From positions 9,300,001-9,364,000 of the forward strand of contig NC_043014.1 of the NCBI RefSeq assembly GCF_006345805.1: 64,000 bases of DNA, read 5' to 3'. The translations under genes were made by a program, and so were the position numbers. This DNA comes from Octopus sinensis. Taxonomy: Eukaryota. The notes under the pieces are model-generated. The model was not told the origin of the DNA. It ran no database searches and was given only the letters and a program-made list of their open reading frames with translations. Shown piece by piece: positions 48,090 through 59,414 of the stretch (position 1 is the first letter of the stretch; each line of letters opens with the position of its first letter).

Positions 48090-48565
48090 ACTAGTGCCAA
48101 ATACATCCAGTTGCTGAAGCACAATTTGATACCAGACTTGGTGAAGGTAATATTTTTCAGCATGACGGAGCACCATGCCACAGGTCGCGTGCAACAGAGT
48201 CTGTCAGATAAAGGTGTTGCCGTATTGAAAGTTTGGCCAGCTCAGAGCCCTGTCTTAAATATCATCGAGCAAATGTAGATGGAACTAAAGAGAAGAGTTC
48301 ATCAGAAAAAATCATGCAATCTTGAAGCGTTGTGGGAGCTCAGTCAGAGAATGGCCTCTCATACGAGTGAAGATGGTGACGGATTTGTACGCATCTCTTC
48401 CCAGACGCATTGAAGCAATTATTCAAGCTAAGGGAAGCCACACCAAATAGTAACAAATTCTTGAAAAAACGTAATGTAATAAATTTTCATTATAGACATT
48501 TTTTCTGTTTTAAATAACTATCTTGATTGGTTCATGCGAGGTGGCCGACAACTTTTTCACGGCCA
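48090..48565 (+). mobile_element. Tc1-like transposase C-terminal half, pseudogene
   Basis: IFQHDGAPCH...WPAQSPVLNIIEQ...ELKRRV...SLPRRIEAIIQAKGSHTK*. Confidence 0.88.
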
Positions 48566-48648
48566 TATTTTGTGGTCTTCCCACATCTTCTCCACTCATT
48601 CAGAAGCGAAACTTCAAAATATAATGATTACGCAGTGTTATGAGTCTA

Positions 48649-49888
48649 CGAGGGACGTTCAATAAGTAAAGCCCCTGACCCACTTGCAGTTGTTTGATCT
48701 AGCTGAAATTTTGCATGTGCAATTATTTATATCTCTATAGATTAAGTGGCAAATTACAGCTCTGAACATATTGTGGTTTCTGATTTACAGGTGTTTGAAC
48801 TGAGTCATGTGTGAAATGGAGCCTGTTGAGTGTCGAGCAGTGATCCGGTTTTTGTATTTGAAAGGACACATATTGTGGGAGCCTTTTGATGAAATAAAAG
48901 TAACTTATGGTGATGATGCCCCATCATATGACCTTGTAAAACGCTGGCATCGTGAATTCAAACATGGTCGGAACTCTGTGGAAACTGCTCCCAGGTCTGG
49001 TCGCCCCACTTCTGCCATTGATGAGGCATCTGTCCGTCAAGTTGAAGCTGCCATTTTGGAAGATCGACGCATAACTATTTGCCAAATAGCCCATGAAGTC
49101 AAGATTAGTACCGGGTATGTGGAAACTATCATTCATGACAATTTGCATATGCAAAAGGTGTCTGCCAGATGGATTCCCAGGTTGCTCACACCTTTCCAGA
49201 AGCAAGAACGCGTCGAGTTCCCGAGGATGAATTTGAAGATGTGCCAAGAAGATGAGTCAAAATTTTTCAAAGGACTGATTCCATAGGATGAAACCTGGGT
49301 CCATCACTATGATCCAGAGACCAAAGCTCAGTCAATGCAGTGGAAGCACCGTGACTCACCTCCTTTAAAGAAGGCAAGGGTGCAGCCCTCCACTGGTAAG
49401 GTCATGCTCACAGTCTTCTGGGACCAGGACAGAGTAGTGATGACAGATTTCCTGGCGAAAGGCATCACAATTACAGGAGCCTATCATGCTTCATTTTTGA
49501 GGAAATTAAGAGAAACTAACAAAATCAAGAGGCGGGGCAAGATCAGCAAAGGCATCCTCCTCCTGCAAGACAACGCTCCGGTCCACAACTCGCGTGTCGT
49601 CAGATCAGAAGCATAGGCGTGCACCCTCTGATTTTCACCTCTTCCCAGCCATGAAGTTGTTTTTGAAAGGAAAGTGTTTCCCAGATGATGCAGCCTTGAT
49701 TTCTGAAGTCACGTCGTGGTTGGAGGACCAAGATGGGGTCTTCTACAAAAACGGTCTCCAGAGCTGCATCAAACAACGGGAGAAATGCGTAACTCTGGGT
49801 GGTTCCTATGTAGAAAAAGACTAATAACTCTGCCAAACGTCGTTGCTCTACTACTCTGGGAAGTGGGTCAGTCGTATTACTTATTGAA
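48649..49888 (+). mobile_element. Mariner element A2 (same family as 17609-18879), 3' TIR damaged
   Basis: TA+CGAGGGACGTTCAATAAG TIR; near-identical transposase with stops; HPPYSPDL region deleted. Confidence 0.95.
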
Positions 49889-50457
49889 GGGTCAATGTTT
49901 CATTAGTAAAAACGTCATGCGAAACATCCACTTATAAACTGGCAATTAGTAGGAATTTACAATAGTTTAAAGTGATGGAAGACTTTTGCACCGTACTAGA
50001 CATACATAGATAGATACGTATATATTTAGTCCATACGTTTGCTGGCTAAGCTTGGAAGCTCATGCATATTCCATTTAGTATATCTTATATATTTTGATAT
50101 CAAATGTCGTTCTTTGTGTCTCAGTGCTTGTGAGATATGTGAAATTATGGGAACGTACAGAATATATTATGCTTTTATCTACATGAGTGCTAGATAGAAC
50201 GTAATTTGAAAAGCCAAATTGTAATGGTTGGTGATGTCCTGTTAGCAAGGAAGCAGCTGGACGTTGCTCTGGTGAAAGGCTTTTCACTGTTCTTTGAGAA
50301 CTATCACTGTGCGAGTGATGGAGAGACAAATGCAGAAGTGGAGAATTTATCATTACTAGATAAATGTTGCAGATAGGTAGAAGTTAAATATATTTATATC
50401 CTGCAGGAGTTTGAAAAGCCCGTAGTATATATTTATGTATATATATATATATATATA

Positions 50458-50768
50458 CCACCGTGATCACCGTGACCGACCTAGGCTATCAGATGTTGCT
50501 AGACATCGCTGGTCACAATGCGCTTCGCATTGTTTTAGCCTTCAAATGACGCCGCCCCGCTGGCTAAGCGAGCAGGTCAACAGAAGGAACAGTGAGAGAA
50601 AGTTGTGGTGAAAGAGTACAGCAGGGATCGCCACCACCCCTGCCGGAGCATCGTGGAGCTTTAGGTGTTTTCGCTCAGTAAATTCTCACAATGCCCGGTC
50701 TGGGAATCGAAACCACGATCCTACGACCGCGAGTCCGCTGCCCTAACCACTGCGCCATTGCGCCTCCA
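50458..50768 (-). mobile_element. SINE family C (centre X, tail 3) inserted in (TA)n
   Basis: Close match to 28720-29031. Confidence 0.92.
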
Positions 50769-50793
50769 TATATATATATATATATATATACAG

Positions 50794-50863
<70 letters not shown>

Positions 50864-50879
50864 TTTGTTGTTCGTGTCA

Positions 50880-51090
50880 GTGTTTGTCCCCCCCACCATC
50901 GCTTGACAAATCATGAAATCATGTTGTTGTGATTACGTCCCCGTCACTTAGCGATTCGGCAATAACAGTCCGATAGAATAAGTTTTAGGATTACAAAGAA
51001 TAAGTCAAGGGGTCAATTTATTCGACTAAAGGTGGTGCTCCAGCATGACCACACTCAAATGACTGAAACAAGCAATGGAGTAAAAGAGTC
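50880..51090 (+). mobile_element. SINE family A 3' half
   Basis: ACGTCCCCGTCACTTAGCG...TGACTGAAACAAG. Confidence 0.8.
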
Positions 51091-51127
51091 CATATATATA
51101 CAGTATGTGTATATATATATACATGTA

Positions 51128-51534
51128 GGCGCAGGAGTGGCTGTGTGGTAAGTAGCTTGCTAACCAACCACATGGTTCCGGGTTCAGTCCCACTGCGTGG
51201 CATCTTGGGCACGTGTCTTCTGCTATAGCCCCGGGCCGACCAATGCCTTGTGAGTGGATTTGGTAGACGGAAACTGAAAGAAGCCTGTCGTATATATGTA
51301 TATATATATAAGTGTGTGTGAATATGTTTGTGTGTCTGTGTTTGTTCCCCTAGCATTGCTTGACAACCGATGCTGGTGTGTTTACGTCCCCGTTACTTAG
51401 CGGTTCGGCAAAAGTCACCGATAGAATAAGTACTGGGCTTACAAAGAATAAGTCCCGGGGTGGATTTGCTCGACTAAAGGCGGTGCTCCAGCATGGCCGC
51501 AGTCAAATAACTGAAACAAGTAAAAAGAGTAAAA

Positions 51535-51535
<1 letters not shown>
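51128..51535 (+). mobile_element. SINE family A, full length
   Basis: Head through tail. Confidence 0.93.
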
Positions 51536-51580
<45 letters not shown>

Positions 51581-51969
51581 TGTGTGTGTGTGTGCATATA
51601 TAAGTGCATACGCACGCACGCATCTCAGCAAGAATTCTGGTGTCACTAAAGAAGAGCGCGTATTATGAATATCTCTTGATTCGTGTTGCCGTGCTTGTCT
51701 TCATTTAACCGAAAAAGGACAGCAGGAATATTTTGCTAACGTAACCGATGACATCTGCAGGTAATCATTATGCATCTGGGAGGATGATTTCAGAATTAAG
51801 CGTTGATTTAGTAATACGGAAGCTTAATATTCTCTCTCTCTCTCTTGTCTCTTTTCTCTTTACTTGTTTCAGCCATTTGATTGCGTGTGCAGTATTTCTC
51901 AGAATTAATTGTCTGGTTACTTGTTTTCTTTTTTTCTCGTTTAAATACATTTATTGCCAGATAACTTAA

Positions 51970-52353
51970 TCTTCTCTCTATATAAACGGCAGTTTGTCTG
52001 TGCGTGTTTCTGTGTGTCTGTTTGCTTGTACCCTCACCCTGACCACGGCTTTCAACCGATTCTAATGAAACTTGACACACACATAGCCCAATGTCATAAT
52101 TCAAAACTAACGCAGCGAAAATTTTGAAAAGTTCCCCCAGTTCTGAAAAAAATCGATAAATTCGACATGGGGTCGAGAATCAGAAACACAAACCGCGAAC
52201 TGTCTAGGGGACGCAACTCCACCTTTTTTTACTCTCAAAAAAAAGTTACCATGTTTTTTTCCATTTTTTGGCTATTTTTTGGCTATAACTCTCTAAAAAT
52301 GCTTTATAGTTATTTCCCTTACAAACCAGAGCAACGCCGGGCGATACTGCTAG
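51970..52353 (+). mobile_element. Non-autonomous Helitron H2 (own 5' part, H1-type 3' end)
   Basis: A|TC start; last ~100 bp match H1 including hairpin and CTAG|T. Confidence 0.85.
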
Positions 52354-52670
52354 TGTTATATAACATTAAAATCATAACATGCTTATTTGCATTCCTATCT
52401 CTGATATTTGCATAAATTCGTTCGCTCTCTCATTCATCCACTCGCTCACATTCTTTCTGTCCCTGTATTTGTCTCTCCTTCTTTCATATTGATTATTAAG
52501 ACACGCTTTGCTATGTCATATAAACACCTTTCGTACACCTATTTCTGTATTCGTTATTGCAAGAAACACCATGCTAGATAATACAATATACACACAAGCA
52601 CGGATGATATTATATTGTAAGAATGCTGTATCTATGTTTTTTTGCAAGTCGCTCAATTGCATATTTGAAG

Positions 52671-53269
52671 GGCGGCGAGCTGGCAGAATCGTTAGCACGC
52701 TGGGCGAAATGCGTAGCCGTATTTTGTCTGCCGTTACGTTCTGAGTTCAAATTCCGCCGAGGTCGACTATGCCTTTAATCCTTTCGGGGTCGATAAATTA
52801 AGTACCAGTTACGCACTGGGGTCGATATAATCGACTTAATCCGTTTGTCTGTACTTGTTTGTCCCTTCTGTGTTTAGCCCCTTGTGGGTAGTAAAGAAAT
52901 AGGTATTTCGTCTGCCGCTACGTTCTGAGTTCAAATTCCGCCGAGTTCGACTATGCCTTTCATCCTTTTGGGGTCGATAAATTAAGTACCAGTTACGCAC
53001 TGGGGTCAATGTAATCGACTTAATCCGTGTGTCTGTCCTTGTTTGTCCCCTCTGTTGTAAGCTCCTTGTGGGTAGTAAAGAAATAGGTATTTCGTCTGTT
53101 GTTATGTTCTGAGTTCAAATTCCGCCGAGGTCGACTATGCCTTTCATCCTTTCGGGGTCGATAAATTAAGTACCAGTTACGCACTGGAGTCGATACAATC
53201 GTGTTAATCCGTGTGTCTGTCCTTGTTTATCCTCTCTGTGTTTAGCCCCTTGTGTGTAGTAAAGATTAT
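52671..53269 (+). mobile_element. SINE family B trimer (one head, three 184-bp units)
   Basis: Units start 52720, 52904, 53088; 14-bp TSD AATTGCATATTTGA at 52655-52668 and 53270-53283. Confidence 0.94.
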
Positions 53270-53300
53270 AATTGCATATTTGAGAATCAAGCAAATAAGT

Positions 53301-53834
53301 CATCATCATCATCATTGTTCGACCGTGGTCGAGACAATGGAATTTACTATGTTACGCCAGACTTCACGGTCCATCATAGGATTACGGAGGTCCTGTTGCT
53401 GGATGCCTGTATCCCTGGAGATTACATCAGGGTAGGAGAGTGTGCGCCCTCTGGTATTGCGAGTAGTTGGCTTCCAGAGGAGAAGAGTAGAAATTACTTC
53501 TTTTTCAGCTCTGCAACAATGTCCAGGAAACTGGACTCTCCTACCTTTCACAAGAGATGACACAGGTGGTAATTTCCCATATATTTGCATTTTGGTTGGA
53601 TGGCGCTTCCACAAGAGATTTTGAGCTATCATAAGGAGGCGAGTGTAGGTTCCATCCAACCGCCTCTCAAGCTTCTTTGATAACGTCCAGGTTTCTGAGC
53701 CATATAGTAGAATTGGTTCGACTGTGGCTTTGAATATTTCAAGTTTGAAGTCTCTACTTAGATTTGATGACCAGATCTTATGCATGTCATTACAGGCTGA
53801 CCAGGCCATATCCTTTCTAGTTAGAAAGTCTTTT
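53301..53834 (-). mobile_element. 5'-truncated RTE-clade LINE, ORF open to its stop, (TGA)n tail
   Basis: FKATVEPILLYGSETWTLSKKLERRLDGTYTRLL...GHC; TSD AAATAAGT at 53293-53300 and 53835-53842. Confidence 0.92.
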
Positions 53835-54049
53835 AAATAAGTACCATATACATTGATGGCTCTACTGCGTTACATTTCCTTCCTTCTATTGTATTATATT
53901 CAATACAAAGGTTGCAATAACAATCAGGTTATTTTTGTAAGTATAATTTTAAATACTTTTTATCTAATCGAGATATTTCTCTTACAATTCATCCTACTTT
54001 TATATAAATTGTTATATAATCTAGGGTTGTTTCTTTTTATCTTTCATGT

Positions 54050-54303
54050 TTTACTTGTTTCAGTCATTTGATGGCGGCCATGCTGGGGCGCCACCTTGAA
54101 CGGCTTTTAGTCGAACAAATCAACCATAGGAGCTTTCTAATGACTAGTATTTATTCCATCGATCTCTTTTGTCGAACTGCTAATTTATGGGAACGTAAAC
54201 ACACCAACACCGGCCGGTCTTCAAATAGTGATGGGGACAAACGGACACAAAGACACAAACACACACTCACTCACTCACTCACACACACACACACACACAT
54301 AAG

Positions 54304-54336
<33 letters not shown>

Positions 54337-54472
54337 ATTTTCTTTCAGTTTACGTCTACCACTCACAAGTATATAGCGGAAGAAACTTGATGCAGGTGCC
54401 TCGTAGTAGGATTGAACTCCGAACTTAATGCTTGGGAATCAAGTTTCTTACCACATAGCCACCACGCCTGTT
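54050..54472 (-). mobile_element. SINE family A, degenerate
   Basis: Reverse complement head through tail. Confidence 0.8.
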
Positions 54473-54942
54473 CATAAATAATTTTCTTTCTATGTATGCT
54501 ATACATTTTTTTAATATCTACTTGAGCATGTGAACGTGTGGGAAAGGATTGCAAGAGGAATTGTTTGTACAGTTTTACCAACAATCAAACATTGGAAATA
54601 CTCGCAATTCATTGGTTTTACAAATCTGTATTTCCTTATTTTCAGTTCGCAACTTTAAAGCATGTTAGTAACATCCATCGTGGTGTAATCCTAATGAATT
54701 AACTTAACTAAGTAGTTTATTGCATTGTACTTCCATACATTTCGACGTTTAGAATTTTCTGTTTTCTCATTATACGTCATCCTGATGCTATAAAAATATG
54801 GAAGGAAATATTCTATTAACTTTAACTTACATTTTACATGATATTAATATCTTTCTAATTTCGTACTAAACGATGATTAGAATATAATATGCACCGAACA
54901 AAATGCTTGAATATCATATTCATCGCAGTATGGATAATATAG

Positions 54943-55195
54943 GTGGAGGCACGGGGCTTAGTGGTTGGGGTGTCAGCATCATGATCGTAAGATTGTGGTT
55001 TTGATTCCTGGACCGGGCGACGCGTTGTGGTCTTGAGCGAAAAACACTTCATTTCACGTTGCTCCAGTCCACTCAGCTGGCAAAAAGGAGTAACACTGCG
55101 ATGGACTGGCGTCCCGTCCAGCTGGGAAACACATACGCCATTGAAACCGGGAAACCGGGCCCATGAGTCTGACTAGGCTTGAGAAGGGCGCATTT
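54943..55195 (+). mobile_element. tRNA-headed SINE (centre Y, tail 1)
   Basis: GTGGAGGCAC head; CACTTCATTTCACGTTGCTCCAGTCCACTCAGCTG centre; CTGCGATGGACTGGCGTCCCGTCCAG tail. Confidence 0.82.
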
Positions 55196-55312
55196 ATTTT
55201 ATTATTATTATATATATATATATATAATAAATAGCAATAGGGTAATAAGAAATTATTATTACCAGTGGCCTAGCACAAAAACGAATTAGTCATTAGACTA
55301 TATATTATTCAA

Positions 55313-55619
55313 ATGGAAATATAATAAGAGGCTTTCAAATACGAAAGCCTTGTGCTAGAAATAGCAGTAGAAAACTCATGTGGATCTGGTTGTGTGTATA
55401 TTTGAAATCTAAACGCTGTCCCACTGATGAAACTGGTCTTCAGCGAATATTTCTTTGCTGGAAATCGTTAGAAAACATGGTCTGGGAAATAATTGAGATG
55501 GCAAACGTTTTTAATTTTCATTCCTTTCGAGAATTTATCCTTATTTGGTGGTTTGAGTTTTCTACTGCTCATTCTAGCACAAGGCTTTCCTATTTGGAAG
55601 CTTCTTATTGTATTTCTAT
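55313..55619 (+). mobile_element. Putative PLE terminal repeat with inverted 66-bp copy of its 3' end
   Basis: Arms 55313-55378 / 55554-55619 (7 differences); hammerhead in the spacer. Confidence 0.65.
55419..55487 (+). ncRNA. Type I hammerhead ribozyme fold, canonical core, GUC triplet
   Basis: TCCCA-CTGATGA-(40-nt imperfect helix II)-GAAA-ACATGG-TC-TGGGA; helix III one change from palindrome ACCATGGT. Confidence 0.7.
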
Positions 55620-56687
55620 ATATATATATATATACAACATTCTTCTTGTATTATCGACGTTTAAGTCAGCCAGCCGTAATTATAATATCATTGGGGATAA
55701 AAATGTTTATATTAGCTTCCATTCATTTGTATACTGTTTTGACATCTGTTAGTCTCCTCAGCCAGAAGCAATCCTGACTGAAGAAGTTCTCAAGATGACG
55801 AAGCATTTTGTCATTACTTCAGCACACTAACATTTAGCTGGTGCGTGCTGATGTCTGTCAACCGATAATAAATCCTCATACGCATGGTGAAAATATTAAA
55901 AAATATATTGGCAAGCCATTGTTTACATTGTAACTGTTCTACATATAAATATCACTAATATTAATAAAATATTATCATGAAATTAAAACAGTTTTTTCCA
56001 AGTAATAATTCCATATCTTCACTTTCTTTCGCGTTTTAGTCATTAATACTTTAATTAGCTATTCTTATACAATCTAACTCATTTCCTTTGTCTGTTATCT
56101 TCTACTAATTAGTCAACATTGCCATTATACTTAATTATCCACACAGTTATTAGTGCAAGTGTATTTGACATTATCTTAAGTAGATTTGAAAAGTGCAACG
56201 ACATAAAATGACATTTTCATAATTAATTACGAAATTCCCAAATGACTTCAACAAACATTACAAACTTCACACAACGTATCATACAGTACTTAATATTATA
56301 AATTATTCTACCATAATTAATTAAGTATTCTCATTTATCTGCCCGATCATAAGTTAACTGGTTCTAAACAATTTTGCGATATCTCTTAGTTTTCAGTTGC
56401 ACTTTGATATTCCCTTCATTCTATTAAATTTTAATGTTTTGTATTAATAACCTCTAATGTTATTTTATCGTATTTCTTTTAAATGTATATATCATTTGCA
56501 TTATAACCAATTTTCCATATCAGAGAGGACGTATTTATGAATTTCTCTATGCATTACCCTTTGATTACGACGTAAAATATATTGATTGTCGTAAATGAGT
56601 ACAGTAAGCTATTTACAAGTATGAGAGTTTGCATTATATTATATTATATTATATTATATTATATTATATTATATTATATTTATTATA

Positions 56688-57735
56688 CTAGCATTATGAC
56701 CCGTCGTTGCCGGGTCATAGTGCTAGTGCATGTATATATGTGTATATATATGTGTACATATTACATGTACATCTATATATATACATCTACACATAAAATA
56801 CAAAATACAAAGTTATATCTTGATATCGCTAGTGATAACAATACTCAAAATATAAAACAGACTGGAATTGTAAGCCCGTCTCTTGCAATTTCGATCAATT
56901 GCATCTTGTCCTCCCTCTTGTATACAAGTTTGGCTACAATCCAGCCTACCTCAACTTCTAGGGGGGGGGGCATTTTAAATTTTTATCCGGCACGTCCTAC
57001 GTCCCAGATATAAAGGTAAAAATAAAATATTTCCACTTTGCAAGTTCGAGTCGAGTACTGCCTTGCACGCTCCGTTGACTCGAACCTTGCTTCTATTGTG
57101 GTGAATTTACCGCCTCTGGTTAGATATCTTTCATAATCGCACCAAGACACTTTTCGGTGGTGCTTTCCTCTAGGTGTTCAAATCTTTTTTCTCTACATTG
57201 TATACTTTATAGACAATAGTCTTTTCTTTAATTTAATTTTTTTTTATCCATCTGGACTATTCCATTTCTGCACACTAATTTTATTTTTAATTTATTCCCA
57301 TTCATGTGAAACCACTTATTCAAGTTCAAGTCATTGATGCAATTTTATACCAATTGCTATTTTTACTTTTGTTATGTTACGATTATATTATACTTTAGTT
57401 TGATTTTAATTATTACTTACTACATATAATTCAATTGTTATTATTATTTTTATTGTTAAAGTGAAAGCATCTGGCATAAAATAGAGAAATCTTTTTGTTT
57501 CACTTTTAACATGTAATACTGAAATAGTGGAGAAGATATGATATTGCTATGGGCCCTCTCTAGGCAAGAAGTTGAACATTTTTTTGCCGATGACACTCCC
57601 CGGACCCTAAGTAAGGCATGTGTAAAATTTGAATGAAATTGGTTGTGCAGTTCTCAAGTTTTAGGGAAATACACAGACAGACAGACAGACAGATAGACAC
57701 ACATTCTCAGTTTTATATATATATATATATATCGA
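56688..57735 (-). mobile_element. Probable non-autonomous Helitron H3
   Basis: 5' A|TC(GA)TATATA...AAAACTGAGAATGTG...(GTCT)n at 57735; 3' hairpin plus CTAG|T at 56688; continuity of the interior is inferred. Confidence 0.6.
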
Positions 57736-57740
57736 TTATA

Positions 57741-58832
57741 TTGGGTTGTCCGGAAAGTTCGTGTCGATTTATAGTAGCTTACCTTTCGACTTATTTTAGA
57801 ACATGGTTTAGTCCATCAAATAGGATTTCACTACACCTCCATTTAGAGCACAGTTTAAGCTATATTTTCGTGGAAAAAGGTTTATGTCCCTATAACCTGT
57901 GTTAATTCTGTAACCTTTAAAATGGAAGATAAGAAAGTTCATTTTCGGCACTTGATGCTTTTCTTTTTCCGTAAAGGGAAAAATGCCTCACAAGCAACCA
58001 AAGAAATATGCGAAGTATATGGTGATGTTTCTTTATCCGAAAAAACTGTACGGAAGTGGATCGCAAGGTTCCGAGCTGGAGATTGTAGCTTTATTGATAA
58101 AGAGCGATCATGCAAACCATTCACTGCAGATGATGACCAAATCAAGTCATTGATTGAGAATAACCCACATTGCACAACCCGAGGATTTGCAGAAAGCCTC
58201 AACCAATCATAATCCATCTTTCATGAGCACCTGGAAGAGCTTGGGGGCACAAATTGCTACGATGTTTGGGTACCACATGAGTTGAGTGAGAAGAACATTT
58301 TGGATCGCATTTCCATCTGTGATTTGCTTTATAAACGTAATGAAAACGCACCTTTTTAAAGCAAATTGTGACAGGTGATGAGAAATGGATTATCTACCGA
58401 TATGTTCAGAGAAAGCGATCCTAGAGTAAGCGACATGAGCCACCCTTAGCCACCCCAAAAGTAGGTCTTCACCCTAAAAATAGTCTTGCTTTGTGTCCGG
58501 TGACATTGGAAAGGAATTCTTTACAATGAGCTGCTTCCAAGTAACCAGACAATTAATTCTGAGAAATACTGCACACGCCTGGACGAGTTAAAAACAGCAA
58601 TTCAAGAGAAATGGCCCAGAACTGGCCAACAGGAAAGGTGTTGCCTTCCAACATGATAATGCAAGACCGCGCGTTTCTTTGTGAACCAGAGAAAAATTGC
58701 TGCAGCTCGGCTGGGATGTGTTACCCCACCTGAATAAGTGGAAATCCGAAGGAGCAATATCTAGTGAATATGGAGGGTGGGGTAACACATCCCAGCCCAG
58801 CTGCAGCAATTTTTCTCTGGTTCACAAAGAAA
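57741..58832 (+). mobile_element. Mariner element C, 3'-truncated by an inverted duplication
   Basis: TA+TTGGGTTGTCCGGAAAG TIR; MEDKKVHFRHLMLFFFRKG..., WVPHELSE, IVTGDEKW, FQHDNARP; strand switch at 58730. Confidence 0.92.
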
Positions 58833-58874
58833 GAAAACAAAAATGATGCTTTTATTCTTTTACTTAGCGTATTA

Positions 58875-59268
58875 CTAGTTTCAGTTATTTGACTGCGGAA
58901 ATGCTGGAGCACCGCTTTTAGACGAACATATCCATCCTAGAACTTATTCTTTGTTAGCCTAGTACTTATTCTATCGGTCTCTCTTGCCGAACCGCTAAGT
59001 TACGGGGACGTAAACACACCAGCAACGGTTGTCAAGTGATGTTAGGCGGACAAACACACACACACACACACACACAAGCCTCCCCACATACACACATATA
59101 TATACCACGGGCTTTTTACAGTTTCCGTCTACCAAATCCACTCACAAGGCTTTGGTCGTCCCTAGGCTATAGTAGAAGACACTTTCCCAAGGTGCCACGC
59201 AGTAGGACTGAACCGGGAATCATGAGGTTGGTAAGCAAGCTACTTACCACACAGCCACTCCTACGCCT
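58875..59268 (-). mobile_element. SINE family A
   Basis: Reverse complement head through tail. Confidence 0.88.
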
Positions 59269-59414
59269 TCAAATTTTGCTCCCAAGAAGCAATGACATAT
59301 AACATTTCGCCATGTTGCACCAGTTTTGGAATCTGTGACCTTGAATCAAGTAATGGATATTGGTCTTGGACATTCCTCAGCTAATTTAATTGTTTCTACA
59401 TATGCAAAACATTT

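Noticed and set aside
55730-55765. Minus-strand CTGAGGA-GAC..GTC-AAAA candidate
   Set aside because: G12 absent and helix I does not pair
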